Program-made: the position numbers and the translations under genes | In this document: piece by piece, positions 29,428 to 38,832 of the stretch | How the letters are laid out: each line of letters opens with the position of its first letter | How positions within the stretch are numbered: position 1 is the stretch's first letter | Notes under the pieces: model-generated | The model's database searches: none | What the model was told of the DNA's origin: nothing | What the model saw: only the letters and a program-made list of their open reading frames with translations | Source of the DNA: a virus | Virus genome (UHGV): UHGV-1383976 | Strand: one strand, 5' to 3' | DNA length: 64,000 bases

Positions 29428-30301
29428 AAGTAATATAATATAATTTTATATTATGTTCTTGGCAATAATTATATTTAATTTTATCTCGCTTTTGGCAATC
29501 TTTTAGAGCTTCTTCTGTATTCCAACCAGTTCCAATTTTAAAATGAATATTACCTTGAAATTCAATTAAAAAATCAAGCTCTCCACTATCCTTAAATATT
29601 GCAAAATCAAATTTATAATAATTGCCTAAAGTTGTGTAAAAATCCTTAAAGAAATATTCAGCTTGATAATTCTTATGATTAGCATTTAACCAACGCGCTA
29701 TACTTGCATTGCCTCTTGACTTAGTACATCCACAAGATTCCGTATCACCAAAGCGCAGATACCTATGATTGACAATACATTCATTACCACAATCGCATTT
29801 ACATAGCCACATTCTATCTCTATGCCCATTATTATGGTCTAGCCAATGACTAAATTTTATTACAGTTAACTTACCAAACCGTTGTCCTGCTAAATTGTTA
29901 AAATTTGTTCTTTCAATGTGATTGTTTTTATTTCCACAATAATGAACTACATTTGAAGTTAATTGAGTTCTTTCAAAAACAACTTCATCACCACAAGAGC
30001 ATTTACACTTATATAAACGAGGAGAGGAATTTTCTATTTCCTCTATAACAGTTAAATCACCAAACTGCATACCCGGTAGATATAATCCATTTTTACAACC
30101 GCAGCTCGTGGTACGATAATTCTTTCTGGTCAAATTATTACCTCTCACTTCTACAATTTTTCCACAACTACATTGGCATTTCCAAGCTACTGCATTTCCT
30201 TTATTTTTTACTCTATATAAAACTGTTAATCTACCAAAAACTTTTCCTCTTAAATCCTTAGCTTTTCCAACAGGAATCTCATCTTCATGCATTTTATTCA
30301 A
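29375..30301 (-). CDS. Putative homing endonuclease: four Cys-rich repeats plus a C-terminal PD-(D/E)XK (DUF559/Vsr-like) domain
   Basis: The repeat unit WxCxCxCG-x(14-17)-SCGC occurs four times. The C-terminus FDFAIF...LIEFQGNIH resembles the DUF559 core. Paralog of 32536..33255 and, in the C-terminal domain, of 37176..37583. Confidence 0.55.
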   Translation of the reverse strand: MNKMHEDEIPVGKAKDLRGKVFGRLTVLYRVKNKGNAVAWKCQCSCGKIVEVRGNNLTRKNYRTTSCGCKNGLYLPGMQFGDLTVIEEIENSSPRLYKCKCSCGDEVVFERTQLTSNVVHYCGNKNNHIERTNFNNLAGQRFGKLTVIKFSHWLDHNNGHRDRMWLCKCDCGNECIVNHRYLRFGDTESCGCTKSRGNASIARWLNANHKNYQAEYFFKDFYTTLGNYYKFDFAIFKDSGELDFLIEFQGNIHFKIGTGWNTEEALKDCQKRDKIKYNYCQEHNIKLYYITYEEIIEDRLEEIFSEQQ

Positions 30302-30515
30302 CCTCTACTAAAATTATCATATTATTATTTTCATTATTGAAACTAACATTTCTGACGATTTTATTATAATAAGGCTCTAATTTGTCTAAGGTTCTTCCAA
30401 TTTTAGGACTATTATCCATAATAATACGCCAACAATATTCTTTTCCCTCAATTGAGGTAAAGAAATATATGCCATCTAAATTACAGAGAGAAGTAAATTG
30501 CTCTAAATTAATCAT
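30294..30515 (-). CDS. Hypothetical small protein
   Basis: 73-aa ORF with ATGA overlap to the upstream small ORF and to the endonuclease gene. Confidence 0.4.
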   Translation of the reverse strand: MINLEQFTSLCNLDGIYFFTSIEGKEYCWRIIMDNSPKIGRTLDKLEPYYNKIVRNVSFNNENNNMIILVEVE

Positions 30516-30667
30516 GTATCTAGACTATCCTTTTCTTTATTTTCCTCAATTAACTTTTTAAAATATTTATACCAATAGCAGGACTTATCTGGTAGACAAG
30601 TCCTGCACATAGCAGTTTTGCAATTACAGAATTCAAACAAAGGGCATTTATTCCATTTATTAGTCAT
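30512..30667 (-). CDS. Unlisted small Cys-rich ORF (51 aa) translationally coupled to the topoisomerase B gene
   Basis: Hand translation gives MTNKWNKCPLFEFCNCKTAMCRTCLPDKSCYWYKYFKKLIEENKEKDSLDT. The start overlaps the topoisomerase B stop (gaATGA) and the stop overlaps the next ATG. Confidence 0.3.
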   Translation of the reverse strand: MTNKWNKCPLFEFCNCKTAMCRTCLPDKSCYWYKYFKKLIEENKEKDSLDT

Positions 30668-32523
30668 TCTCTGATCTCCGAAAAGTCTACATTCTGTATA
30701 ATAAAGTCACGTCTTGGACTTACTTCACTTCCCATTAGAGAATAAAGTAAATCCATTGCCTCTTCATCATACTCTATCACGTCCATACGCTGATATTCAG
30801 GATCAAACATAGATTTACGTGCCTGATTGGGTTCAAGAGAACCGAGGCCCTTATTACGCTGAACTTCGCCCTTTACCTTGGTTTTATTTGCTTCATATTC
30901 TGCATCAGTAAAGAAATAAGACTCAGTTTTTCCATTATTTACAATCCACAAAGGAGAGCGCAACCAACACAGTCTGCCTTCACGAATAAACTGAGGAGCA
31001 ATATGTGCTAAAGCTGCCATAATAAGTAGGCCAATATGATAGCCGTCACTATCAGCATCGGTACAGATGGCAAGCTTGCCGTATCGAAGTTTTTTTGCAT
31101 CATACTTTTCAGGTACAATGTTCATAGCACTTAATAGCAATTTAATTTCTTCATTCTCATAAACCTTCTCATCAGGATTAGATAAGGCATTGATAATTTT
31201 ACCTCGAATAGCCATAATACCATACTTAGTATAATCACGACCCTGCGCCAAGCCTCCTAGTGCAGAATCACCCTCAGCAATCAACAGAGTGGAATCTTCT
31301 CCCAAAAATTCCGCGTCTTTCAATTTATCACTTGAAAAGACTTTTCGCTTTTGATTTTTTTCAACTTCTTTAGAAGCGTTCAAAACTTGCTGACGCGCAC
31401 GCTCAGCCATCATTTCAGCTTTCTTTTCTTTAGCCAAAAGTTCAACAACTTTATCAAATTCATCCTTATGCTTTCTTACAAACTCTTTTATCGCTTCGGT
31501 AAAAACTATTTGTGTATAACCTCGAAGTTCAGGATTCTGAATACGAGATTTAGTTTGATTCTGATAAATTGGATGAGGATGCCGTACATTTACAATATAT
31601 ACAAGTCCTTTACGTATCATATCGGCGTTATAATCACCTTTAGATAAAGAATTGATAGTGCGCGTAAAAGCTGTTTTTGCACCCGTACTGGGTGTTCCTC
31701 CATCTATATTAAGTGCGCCATTAGAAAAAATGTATTCAGTTTCTTTTCCACTCGTCCATTGGGCAAAAACCTCAACTTCAACCTCATCATCAAACTCTTT
31801 ATATCCATAAATATAAGACTTATGAAGCGGCTTGCTAATATTGTCTTTTGCAAAATCTTTCAGCCCATTTAGTGAATAAAAGGTTTCACTTTTACCTTTA
31901 TAAGTAAAAACAAAATAAACCTTTGGAATAAAGTAAGATGTAAGTCGAAGTTCTTCTCTAATTCGCTCACACTGAAAGGCTGGTTGGTCTTTTTCAATGT
32001 TCAATACCTCTTTATTAGGAGTAAATCTAAAAGTAGAACCGGTAGTTAATATATCTCGAACTTTCTGGCTTTTAGGAGAAGCAGGAATACCATCATTAAA
32101 TTTTAAATAATATTCTGCGCCTTCTCTTCGACTCCATACTTCAAATATACTTGAACAAACGCAAACCGCCGATGTCCCAATTCCATGACAACCGCGTACC
32201 TTTTTGTAATTTATCGTATCAAATTTACCTGAGCTGTGCGCGGAACTGAAAAGTTCAATAAGAACTTCCTCACAGTCCTTATTTGGTCCCCTAGGGACTC
32301 CCGCCCCACTATCTACACACATTAAAGTATTGCAATCATCAGAAAGAGTAATTTCAATTTTATTTCCTCGGCCCATCATTGCTTCATCACAAGCATTATT
32401 CAAGACTTCAAGAAAACAATTGAACGCCGCATCTTGCGCGGTTGCACCTAAGTACATACCCGGAGTTGAGCGGCAGGCCGTTCTGAAGTCTCTTACTTGG
32501 ATAGAATTAGCATCATAACTCAT
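30664..32523 (-). CDS. Type II DNA topoisomerase, B-like (GyrB/T4 gp39-like ATPase plus TOPRIM) subunit
   Basis: 619 aa. GHKL ATPase motifs (NNACDEAMMG, GxGxPRG) and TOPRIM LLIAEGDSALGG. Confidence 0.85.
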   Translation of the reverse strand: MSYDANSIQVRDFRTACRSTPGMYLGATAQDAAFNCFLEVLNNACDEAMMGRGNKIEITLSDDCNTLMCVDSGAGVPRGPNKDCEEVLIELFSSAHSSGKFDTINYKKVRGCHGIGTSAVCVCSSIFEVWSRREGAEYYLKFNDGIPASPKSQKVRDILTTGSTFRFTPNKEVLNIEKDQPAFQCERIREELRLTSYFIPKVYFVFTYKGKSETFYSLNGLKDFAKDNISKPLHKSYIYGYKEFDDEVEVEVFAQWTSGKETEYIFSNGALNIDGGTPSTGAKTAFTRTINSLSKGDYNADMIRKGLVYIVNVRHPHPIYQNQTKSRIQNPELRGYTQIVFTEAIKEFVRKHKDEFDKVVELLAKEKKAEMMAERARQQVLNASKEVEKNQKRKVFSSDKLKDAEFLGEDSTLLIAEGDSALGGLAQGRDYTKYGIMAIRGKIINALSNPDEKVYENEEIKLLLSAMNIVPEKYDAKKLRYGKLAICTDADSDGYHIGLLIMAALAHIAPQFIREGRLCWLRSPLWIVNNGKTESYFFTDAEYEANKTKVKGEVQRNKGLGSLEPNQARKSMFDPEYQRMDVIEYDEEAMDLLYSLMGSEVSPRRDFIIQNVDFSEIRE

Positions 32524-32535
32524 TTTTTTACCTCA

Positions 32536-33255
32536 TCATTCTAACTCTAAATCTTCCCATATAACATCTCGTCCTCTTTGATAATAAACACATAAAAGCG
32601 GAATATTATTTTTCTTACAATATTCTTCTTTCATTTTATCGTGTTTTATCAATTCATCACTAAAAAATCCATTAGAGGGCTGGGTATGTTGTTCCCCTTG
32701 AAATTCAATTAATTTTATTAGTTCTCTATTGTTATTAAAAATGGCGAAATCAAAGCGAAGCGACAACTGATCTTTCAAATCATCAAAAATATATTCTTTC
32801 TCATATAAAATTCCGTGTTTTTTCAAAAGCGTTTCTATTTGAAATTCTCCTTTTGATCGCATACAACCACAAGACGTAGTGTCTCCAATAGCAAGATAAG
32901 TATGTTGAACACGGCAATAATTTCCACAATCGCACAGACACTTATATATCCGATTTCTTTTTCCATTTGGTTTTACAATAAATCCATCTTCAGACAGCAC
33001 TTGTAATTTTCCAATTTTTTGGCCAACTAAAGAACCGCCGCGTTTTAGATTCGACTCAACAGCTCTTTGCTTTTGATAACACCCGCAAGATTTTGTGTTG
33101 CCACTTCTAAGATGCTTCCCCAGAACGACAACCCCATTGCCACATCTACAACGGCATTTCCAACGTGCCCTTCTATCTTTAGAATTTTCGGCTCTTCCTA
33201 TTACTTCCAAATAGCCATATTGATTACCTATTTCATTTATTACGGTGCTTCCCAT
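32536..33255 (-). CDS. Putative homing endonuclease paralog: two Cys-rich repeats plus PD-(D/E)XK (DUF559-like) domain
   Basis: Repeats KCRCRCGNGVVV...SCGCY and KCLCDCGNYCRV...SCGCM. C-terminus FDFAIF...LIEFQGEQH. Confidence 0.55.
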   Translation of the reverse strand: MGSTVINEIGNQYGYLEVIGRAENSKDRRARWKCRCRCGNGVVVLGKHLRSGNTKSCGCYQKQRAVESNLKRGGSLVGQKIGKLQVLSEDGFIVKPNGKRNRIYKCLCDCGNYCRVQHTYLAIGDTTSCGCMRSKGEFQIETLLKKHGILYEKEYIFDDLKDQLSLRFDFAIFNNNRELIKLIEFQGEQHTQPSNGFFSDELIKHDKMKEEYCKKNNIPLLCVYYQRGRDVIWEDLELE

Positions 33256-33319
33256 TTATAGCTATTTCATCTCCAATCTTATTTTTCTTTTTTAATTATA
33301 ACAAAAATTGAGGAAGAAA

Positions 33320-33547
33320 TCAAATTTCTTCCTCTAAATTCATTTTGTCGATTTGTCTTTTATCTCTTGGTGAATGGTCAACGGCTGCACCATAGGCCCC
33401 TTTATGTCGATATGATGCGTGACCATTTTTGGCTTTAGTTTTCTTTGATTTTCCTGCTGTTATGTATTTACTTATTTCACCGCTATTGGCAAAATAGCCG
33501 TCCTTTACATCGACAGCGCGCCCAGCATGATCAAGATGAGATAACAA
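33320..33547 (-). CDS. Hypothetical small basic protein
   Basis: 75-aa ORF. Confidence 0.3.
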   Translation of the reverse strand: MLSHLDHAGRAVDVKDGYFANSGEISKYITAGKSKKTKAKNGHASYRHKGAYGAAVDHSPRDKRQIDKMNLEEEI

Positions 33548-33597
33548 ATGGCGGCGGCGTTCAATTTTTCTTTTTGCGAGCTTTGCGCATTTCTTCT

Positions 33598-34014
33598 TTA
33601 GTTCGACTCATTTCCTATTTCAACTCTCATTAGTTCATTATTCCCAAAAGGAATTCCACTAAAAGAAATATTTGTTGTCAATCCTTTTTCAAATGTCTCT
33701 CTTAGTATTGTCAAATTACCTCGTCCTCCAGTAATATCATTTGTCGAATAAGACTGTTCAATTGTTGTTAATTTTGGTTTTACAAATTGTGTAATATAGC
33801 AATTAAAACCTTTATATTTTGTCTTTATCTTTAAATAAAAAGGCTTTTCGTTTTCAAAATCAATACAGCTCATATCAAAATAAGTAGTTCCGCAATATGG
33901 GCATTTATTTAGTTCGGGTTCGATTGGAGCCGCGCAATTAGGACAGTTTATTTTCAAGGCTTTTCTTCCTCCCAATTTGGTGGAACAAAATTTGTTGCAA
34001 AATCCCAAACCCAC
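33598..34014 (-). CDS. Zinc-ribbon protein (start uncertain, probably a TTG near 33958)
   Basis: CPNCAAP...CPYCG zinc ribbon. GGGAGG RBS 8 nt upstream of an in-frame TTG. An unlisted 55-aa ORF (about 33955..34122, -) lies upstream in another frame, behind the promoter at 34142-34177. Confidence 0.35.
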   Translation of the reverse strand: MGLGFCNKFCSTKLGGRKALKINCPNCAAPIEPELNKCPYCGTTYFDMSCIDFENEKPFYLKIKTKYKGFNCYITQFVKPKLTTIEQSYSTNDITGGRGNLTILRETFEKGLTTNISFSGIPFGNNELMRVEIGNESN

Positions 34015-34141
34015 TTACCACGCCATACAAGAAAAAAGGTAGTGCCGCACGTATTATCAACATAAGTATCCAAAATGGGTTCAATTTTTTGTGTTTTTAT
34101 ATTCTTTGCTTTGAACATTCATTCCACCACCTTTTATTTTA

Positions 34142-34177
34142 TTATATTATATCAAAATTTCTTTTCAAAATCAAATT
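34142..34177 (-). promoter_or_regulatory. Consensus phage promoter
   Basis: Minus strand TTGATT (+ 34169-34174) - N17 - TATAAT (+ 34146-34151). Confidence 0.5.
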
Positions 34178-34224
34178 TGTAGAGTTTCGGTTATATTAGC
34201 CTACTTATATAAGTCAAAGGAGGG

Positions 34225-34410
34225 ATGATATCTATGGCTGATACCAAAAAAGCCCATGAATGCCGTAATAGAATTATGGCATATGTTGCAAATAAACGCA
34301 TTAATTATCGTGTATTAGAAACTCTGTTGGACAATCTCGAAGCGGCTATTATTACTGATAATAAAACCGAAGAAACACCGATTCAACCGGAAGGCCCTTC
34401 AGAGGGATAA
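34225..34410 (+). CDS. Hypothetical small protein
   Basis: 61-aa ORF with RBS AAGGAGGG. A bidirectional terminator follows. Confidence 0.4.
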   Translation: MISMADTKKAHECRNRIMAYVANKRINYRVLETLLDNLEAAIITDNKTEETPIQPEGPSEG

Positions 34411-34411
34411 A

Positions 34412-34450
34412 TTATGCGCCAGTCTTTTAATAAGACTGGCGTTTTTTATT
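34412..34450. terminator. Bidirectional rho-independent terminator
   Basis: Hairpin cgccagtctt...aagactggcg flanked by T/A-rich tracts. Confidence 0.6.
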
Positions 34451-34742
34451 TATCTTCAGAACTCCATTTGTTAAGAGTTTTTTGATCAACTCGCAAAATG
34501 TATAAATCATCATCCTCTCCATTTTTCTGAATGAGAAGTGTATTGATGCCAAATCTATTTAAATGCGGCATAAACAAATATAGTCCTTCCAAAGTAGTGC
34601 CACAGAAGTTCATATTACGCAGATTATGATAAATAAACTGGCGTGTTGTTTCGTTTTCTCTTTCCCAATCTATTCTTTCTATCATTCCCAACTCCTGAAT
34701 TTTTGTTCTTGTTCTTTCTTGACGCGACGGCGTTTTACCCAT
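34446..34742 (-). CDS. Hypothetical protein
   Basis: 98-aa ORF overlapping the helicase gene end. Confidence 0.4.
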   Translation of the reverse strand: MGKTPSRQERTRTKIQELGMIERIDWERENETTRQFIYHNLRNMNFCGTTLEGLYLFMPHLNRFGINTLLIQKNGEDDDLYILRVDQKTLNKWSSEDK

Positions 34743-35791
34743 AAAAGAAAGTCCTGAGCACGTGTAATAGCAACATAAGCAAGACGTCCTTCTTCGACCA
34801 TACCAAGCGGCGCTCTGTGAGTATAATAGTTCGGCTCAGGAATTGTTGCGCCTATTACAACGACTTTCTTTTGTTGAAGTCCTTTTGAAGAATGTATTGT
34901 GAGGACTTTAACGGTATTCTGTTTCATTTTTTCTTGGAGTTGCCCAAGATTTACTTCCTTTTGCTTGAAAGTATCGCAAAAAATGCCGCGGCTTTCAAGA
35001 TAAGATTTGACAGTTTCAAGCTGTGCATTAGTGCGAGTCAATACAAACCATTCACCAAATTTACCATCTTGAAGTATATAATTTGCAACCGTTTCCAAAT
35101 TGTAAAGAATTGTAATCTTTTTCCCCATTTCATCTCGCATTAGAGTAGAATTGTCATAATAGCCACAATTCATCCGCTCAATAGCCCATTTTCCAAATTC
35201 GTGAATAACGCGCGCATTGCGGAAATTTTCAGATAGCTTATAAGTTGCTACTCCATCAGTTTGGCTCAAATTTACAATAAGGTCAGGATTACTGCCTGCA
35301 AATGCATATATCGTTTGCTTCTCGTCCCCTAATATTGTAAATCGTTTTGGATTTACCATTTCCAGAATAAATTCAAACTGATGGTTATTACTATCCTGCG
35401 CCTCGTCAAGCAGCAAATGATCAACAGGAAAATTACTTACACAGCGCGGGTTTTGTTTTACTAAATTGAATAGTTCATCAAAATCCTCACTTTCAATCGT
35501 CTCTCTGGTTGCAATTTGTTCAGTATGAAGTAAAAAGTTTGCAAATGAATGAACAGTGCCGCAAAATCCAATTTGTAAAGGTTCAAGGCGATTTATAATT
35601 TCTTGCGCCGCATTATTTGTAAATGTAATAGCCACAATATGTGAGGGCAATGTTCCCTGAGATACAAGCCACTTTATGCGTTCAATAAGACAAAAAGTCT
35701 TTGAAGTACCCGCGCTAGACATTACGACAACCTTGTCTTCTGGTGCGGTTATTATTCTACGCTGTTGTTCTGTTATTTTTATTTCATTCAT
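34682..35791 (-). CDS. UvrD/Rep-like superfamily 1 DNA helicase (short form)
   Basis: Walker A MSSAGTSKTF, motif II LLLDEAQD, and a C-terminal VLTIHSSKGLQ / VAITRA (motifs V/VI). Confidence 0.6.
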   Translation of the reverse strand: MNEIKITEQQRRIITAPEDKVVVMSSAGTSKTFCLIERIKWLVSQGTLPSHIVAITFTNNAAQEIINRLEPLQIGFCGTVHSFANFLLHTEQIATRETIESEDFDELFNLVKQNPRCVSNFPVDHLLLDEAQDSNNHQFEFILEMVNPKRFTILGDEKQTIYAFAGSNPDLIVNLSQTDGVATYKLSENFRNARVIHEFGKWAIERMNCGYYDNSTLMRDEMGKKITILYNLETVANYILQDGKFGEWFVLTRTNAQLETVKSYLESRGIFCDTFKQKEVNLGQLQEKMKQNTVKVLTIHSSKGLQQKKVVVIGATIPEPNYYTHRAPLGMVEEGRLAYVAITRAQDFLLWVKRRRVKKEQEQKFRSWE

Positions 35792-36603
35792 TATCCTACT
35801 CTCTCATTCAATCCAAATTTTTTTGTATCATAAAATTCAGTCCAATATTTTTCGCGTTCAGTTAGCTTATCTTTTGAAACTTTTTCCAGCAATTCAAAAG
35901 TAAAGTTTTCAATCCCATCTTCCTCCATTATGGTATGAAGGCGCGAATGACTGATGGTGCCACAATGATAGGCAGACTTAGCGTGTTGAACCCAACGGTC
36001 GCGCACATTTGTGGATTTGCCTATATAAATTTCGCCTGTTTTTTCACGTGTGATTTTATAGATGCCACTTGGTTGTTCTCCGTTTAAGACACGGCGTGTC
36101 ATTTCAAGGACAGGTTTAGCACAATAAGTATCATAAATCATCTTGTCAATATCAATTCGACGATTGAGCCGTGGAGCAATTTCTCGCAAAACTTGTATAT
36201 CACTTAACGCTTCAGGAGACAAATTGATTTTGAAGAAGGTTTGTTCTTCGATTTTCTTTTTTTCACGACGTATATCTTCATTTAGAACTTCGCGGCGTTC
36301 ACGCAAAGCGTCAAGAGTCTTTTGGACAATATCACATTGATATTGCGCGTCTTGCGTTTCTTGACTTATTTGTTCCATTCGAGCGTTATGTTGAAGTTCA
36401 ACCTCATCAAGCTCTTGTCGATATTTTTCTCTTACTTCTAAGACATTGCGCGCTGCTTCGTCTATAATTTCTTTTTCTTTTCGTAAAACTAAATTTCTTT
36501 TATAATAGTGAATGTATATAAAGTTAACAATTATCAGAGCAGCTATTATGAATATGGCCATCACAATTCCTCCTATATTTCTTACTATATATAAGTATAA
36601 CAT
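35791..36603 (-). CDS. Membrane-anchored coiled-coil protein with C-terminal GIY-YIG nuclease domain
   Basis: An N-terminal TM helix (IVMAIFIIAALIIVNFIYI), a long coiled coil, then GIYKITREKTGEIYIGKSTNVRDRWVQH (GIY-YIG). Confidence 0.5.
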   Translation of the reverse strand: MLYLYIVRNIGGIVMAIFIIAALIIVNFIYIHYYKRNLVLRKEKEIIDEAARNVLEVREKYRQELDEVELQHNARMEQISQETQDAQYQCDIVQKTLDALRERREVLNEDIRREKKKIEEQTFFKINLSPEALSDIQVLREIAPRLNRRIDIDKMIYDTYCAKPVLEMTRRVLNGEQPSGIYKITREKTGEIYIGKSTNVRDRWVQHAKSAYHCGTISHSRLHTIMEEDGIENFTFELLEKVSKDKLTEREKYWTEFYDTKKFGLNERVG

Positions 36604-36605
36604 AA

Positions 36606-36640
36606 AAAAGGCTGGAAGTCAAATTTTTGACTTCCAGCTT
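36606..36640 (-). terminator. Hairpin terminator overlapping a -35-like TTGACTT
   Basis: Near-perfect inverted repeat gctggaagtcaaa-ttttt-gacttccagc between two minus-strand genes. Confidence 0.4.
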
Positions 36641-36645
36641 ATATT

Positions 36646-37203
36646 TTATGGGTTGGGTTCATCCTCTAATACTTGCCAACACGACATTCGTGTATAATAT
36701 TTGTCTATATAACTATTACCTTTGAGCTTTTTATAGTCTTTATAAAGAGTATCCAATTGTTCTTTTACAGACATAGGAAAAATTCTTACATCTCGATAGG
36801 CATGATATATATCCATTATATTCGCGCGCAAGATATTCTTTTGGCTAATGGCTAGTAAATTTATTTGTTCGCTTTGTCGAGTATTGGTTTCTTCAATTCT
36901 ATCTAAGCGTTCATCAATCCCGTCAAGCCGAGTATCAATATTACCCAACTGTTTTTGTATAGGGGCGAGTTTCTTTTCAATTTCTTTTCCGACTTCTCCT
37001 GCTCGTCTCTGTTTTATTTTACTCCAAAGACCTTGAAAGAAGCCAAATTTTTTACAAATTTTTTCAAATCCATCGGCGACAAGGTAAATAGCTATAACTA
37101 CGCCACCGATAAGTTCTGGTGAAAGTTCCATTCGCTCACCTCCTCGTCTTATAGAAGTAGCAATTAGAGCATTTATTATACAGAATTTTGATGCTCTCTC
37201 CAA
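36646..37203 (-). CDS. Membrane plus coiled-coil protein
   Basis: 185 aa. An N-terminal TM segment (LIGGVVIAIYLV) and a coiled-coil middle. Confidence 0.4.
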   Translation of the reverse strand: MERASKFCIINALIATSIRRGGERMELSPELIGGVVIAIYLVADGFEKICKKFGFFQGLWSKIKQRRAGEVGKEIEKKLAPIQKQLGNIDTRLDGIDERLDRIEETNTRQSEQINLLAISQKNILRANIMDIYHAYRDVRIFPMSVKEQLDTLYKDYKKLKGNSYIDKYYTRMSCWQVLEDEPNP

Positions 37204-37583
37204 ACTTCATCATTATGCCAACGAGATTTCGCGCGATATTTATCCTGAAATAGTTCGTGCGCATTAGTAAGCGAATAAATATCCCAAAATGGGATGATAT
37301 ACAAGGGAATACAATTGGCTAGTGCATAACTGATTTTTCGGCGATCATGCTCTTGTTGTTTCAGTAAGCCACTACGACCGCCAAAGACTTCATAATAATG
37401 TTGTTGACCATTTACTTCGATAAGGCCGTGCGGCGTTGAAAAATCATAACGGAACCGACCGCCGCGCAAATCCGTGTAAGATACTTCTTTTTGATAATCA
37501 ATATGAGATTTTTGAAGTAAATCGCTTATAAAATTTTCATAATGGCTAGCCATTATATTTCCTCTATTTGACGCCACAAGCAC
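37176..37583 (-). CDS. Small PD-(D/E)XK (DUF559/Vsr-like) endonuclease
   Basis: RFRYDFSTPHGLIEVNGQQHY shares its core with the C-terminal domains of 29375..30301 and 32536..33255. Confidence 0.5.
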   Translation of the reverse strand: MLVASNRGNIMASHYENFISDLLQKSHIDYQKEVSYTDLRGGRFRYDFSTPHGLIEVNGQQHYYEVFGGRSGLLKQQEHDRRKISYALANCIPLYIIPFWDIYSLTNAHELFQDKYRAKSRWHNDEVWREHQNSV

Positions 37584-38662
37584 TCAGATTTGTCTTTGTC
37601 ATCACGGAAGCGCACAAATTTAGGATGTCGCAACATTTTATCATCCGTTAGCTGCATTGCGCTTACTTCAATAACACGGCCAGCATAAGATTCGGGATGA
37701 GACTTTATTTCTTCAGTAAGGCCACTAAGAAAACCAATAGGATGAATCTTATCATTATTATACACCGCGATTTCAAGACTGCCGGCCATTCCATAAAAGA
37801 ATGATTTTGTGACAGGTTCATACTGCGCGCCTTTTGAAAATTCTTTATAAAAATTGCCTTTCTTGAACTCGTTAGTTTTAGTATCAAGCCAATACTCCCA
37901 CGTTTCAATCTCTTTGCCAATATAAGTGCGGGTTGGCTTTGTATAGCGTCCAGTAAAGAAACAATCAATTGTGTCTTCAAGTTCCTTCTTTATTTTGAGG
38001 GAAATCTTAGTTGAACGTTTGCCCGGCTGGTAGATACCATTCTCATTTAGAATAACACCACCCTCACCGCCAGCCGCAAGAGTGTCAGCTATCATATTCC
38101 ACAGTTCCTGTCCCCAATAAAACCTTGCGGCAGTTGCATAGAGATAATGATTATCTTTTACTATATCATCAATATGCGCTAAATAAGACATACGAACTTT
38201 TGCTGGTTGATTCATAAGAGATATGCCATCCCAAGCCAGTATATCAAAAGCATAAAAATGAAGCTTATCATTTTTCTGGCGTGCGATTGCCTTGTCGGTA
38301 AGAGCGCCCATTACTTTGGTGACTTCGCTAGATCCTTCGTGTGTTGGAAAATAAATTTCACCAAGAATACAGGTTCCAATCGGCAAGGCATCAAAAAATG
38401 ATTGAAGTTGTGGGACGTGGTCGAGTTTATCAGCAAAATCGCCACTTACACCACGAGAGCGACTAAGTAGCATCATATTGTTATCTTCATCTTTTACAAA
38501 TTTAGAGAAGTAGCCATCCATCTTACGAGCACCCATCCATTCACCAGAAAAGACGCGCTTACGTGCCTCTTCTTTTGGATCACCTTTATAGGACTTTGGA
38601 TGAGCGTAATAACGCATTGGTTCCATCTCTTTGAAATTAAATCCATCTATATAGCCAAGCAT
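37553..38662 (-). CDS. ATP-dependent DNA ligase
   Basis: The adenylation motif ARKMDGYFSKF (KxDG), downstream ligase motifs and an OB-fold C-terminus. Confidence 0.8.
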   Translation of the reverse strand: MLGYIDGFNFKEMEPMRYYAHPKSYKGDPKEEARKRVFSGEWMGARKMDGYFSKFVKDEDNNMMLLSRSRGVSGDFADKLDHVPQLQSFFDALPIGTCILGEIYFPTHEGSSEVTKVMGALTDKAIARQKNDKLHFYAFDILAWDGISLMNQPAKVRMSYLAHIDDIVKDNHYLYATAARFYWGQELWNMIADTLAAGGEGGVILNENGIYQPGKRSTKISLKIKKELEDTIDCFFTGRYTKPTRTYIGKEIETWEYWLDTKTNEFKKGNFYKEFSKGAQYEPVTKSFFYGMAGSLEIAVYNNDKIHPIGFLSGLTEEIKSHPESYAGRVIEVSAMQLTDDKMLRHPKFVRFRDDKDKSECLWRQIEEI

Positions 38663-38832
38663 TTTGTGGCCTCCTATCTTTTCTTTTTTAGAAACATTCT
38701 TTTTGTTTATTTTTCTTGAAGTAATTTTTTCTTTTCTTAACTTATAAGTATTACTTATAAGTAAGACACATACATATCTTACTTATAAGTACAACTTACA
38801 TTTTATATTATATATTTATAATACGCTTTGGC

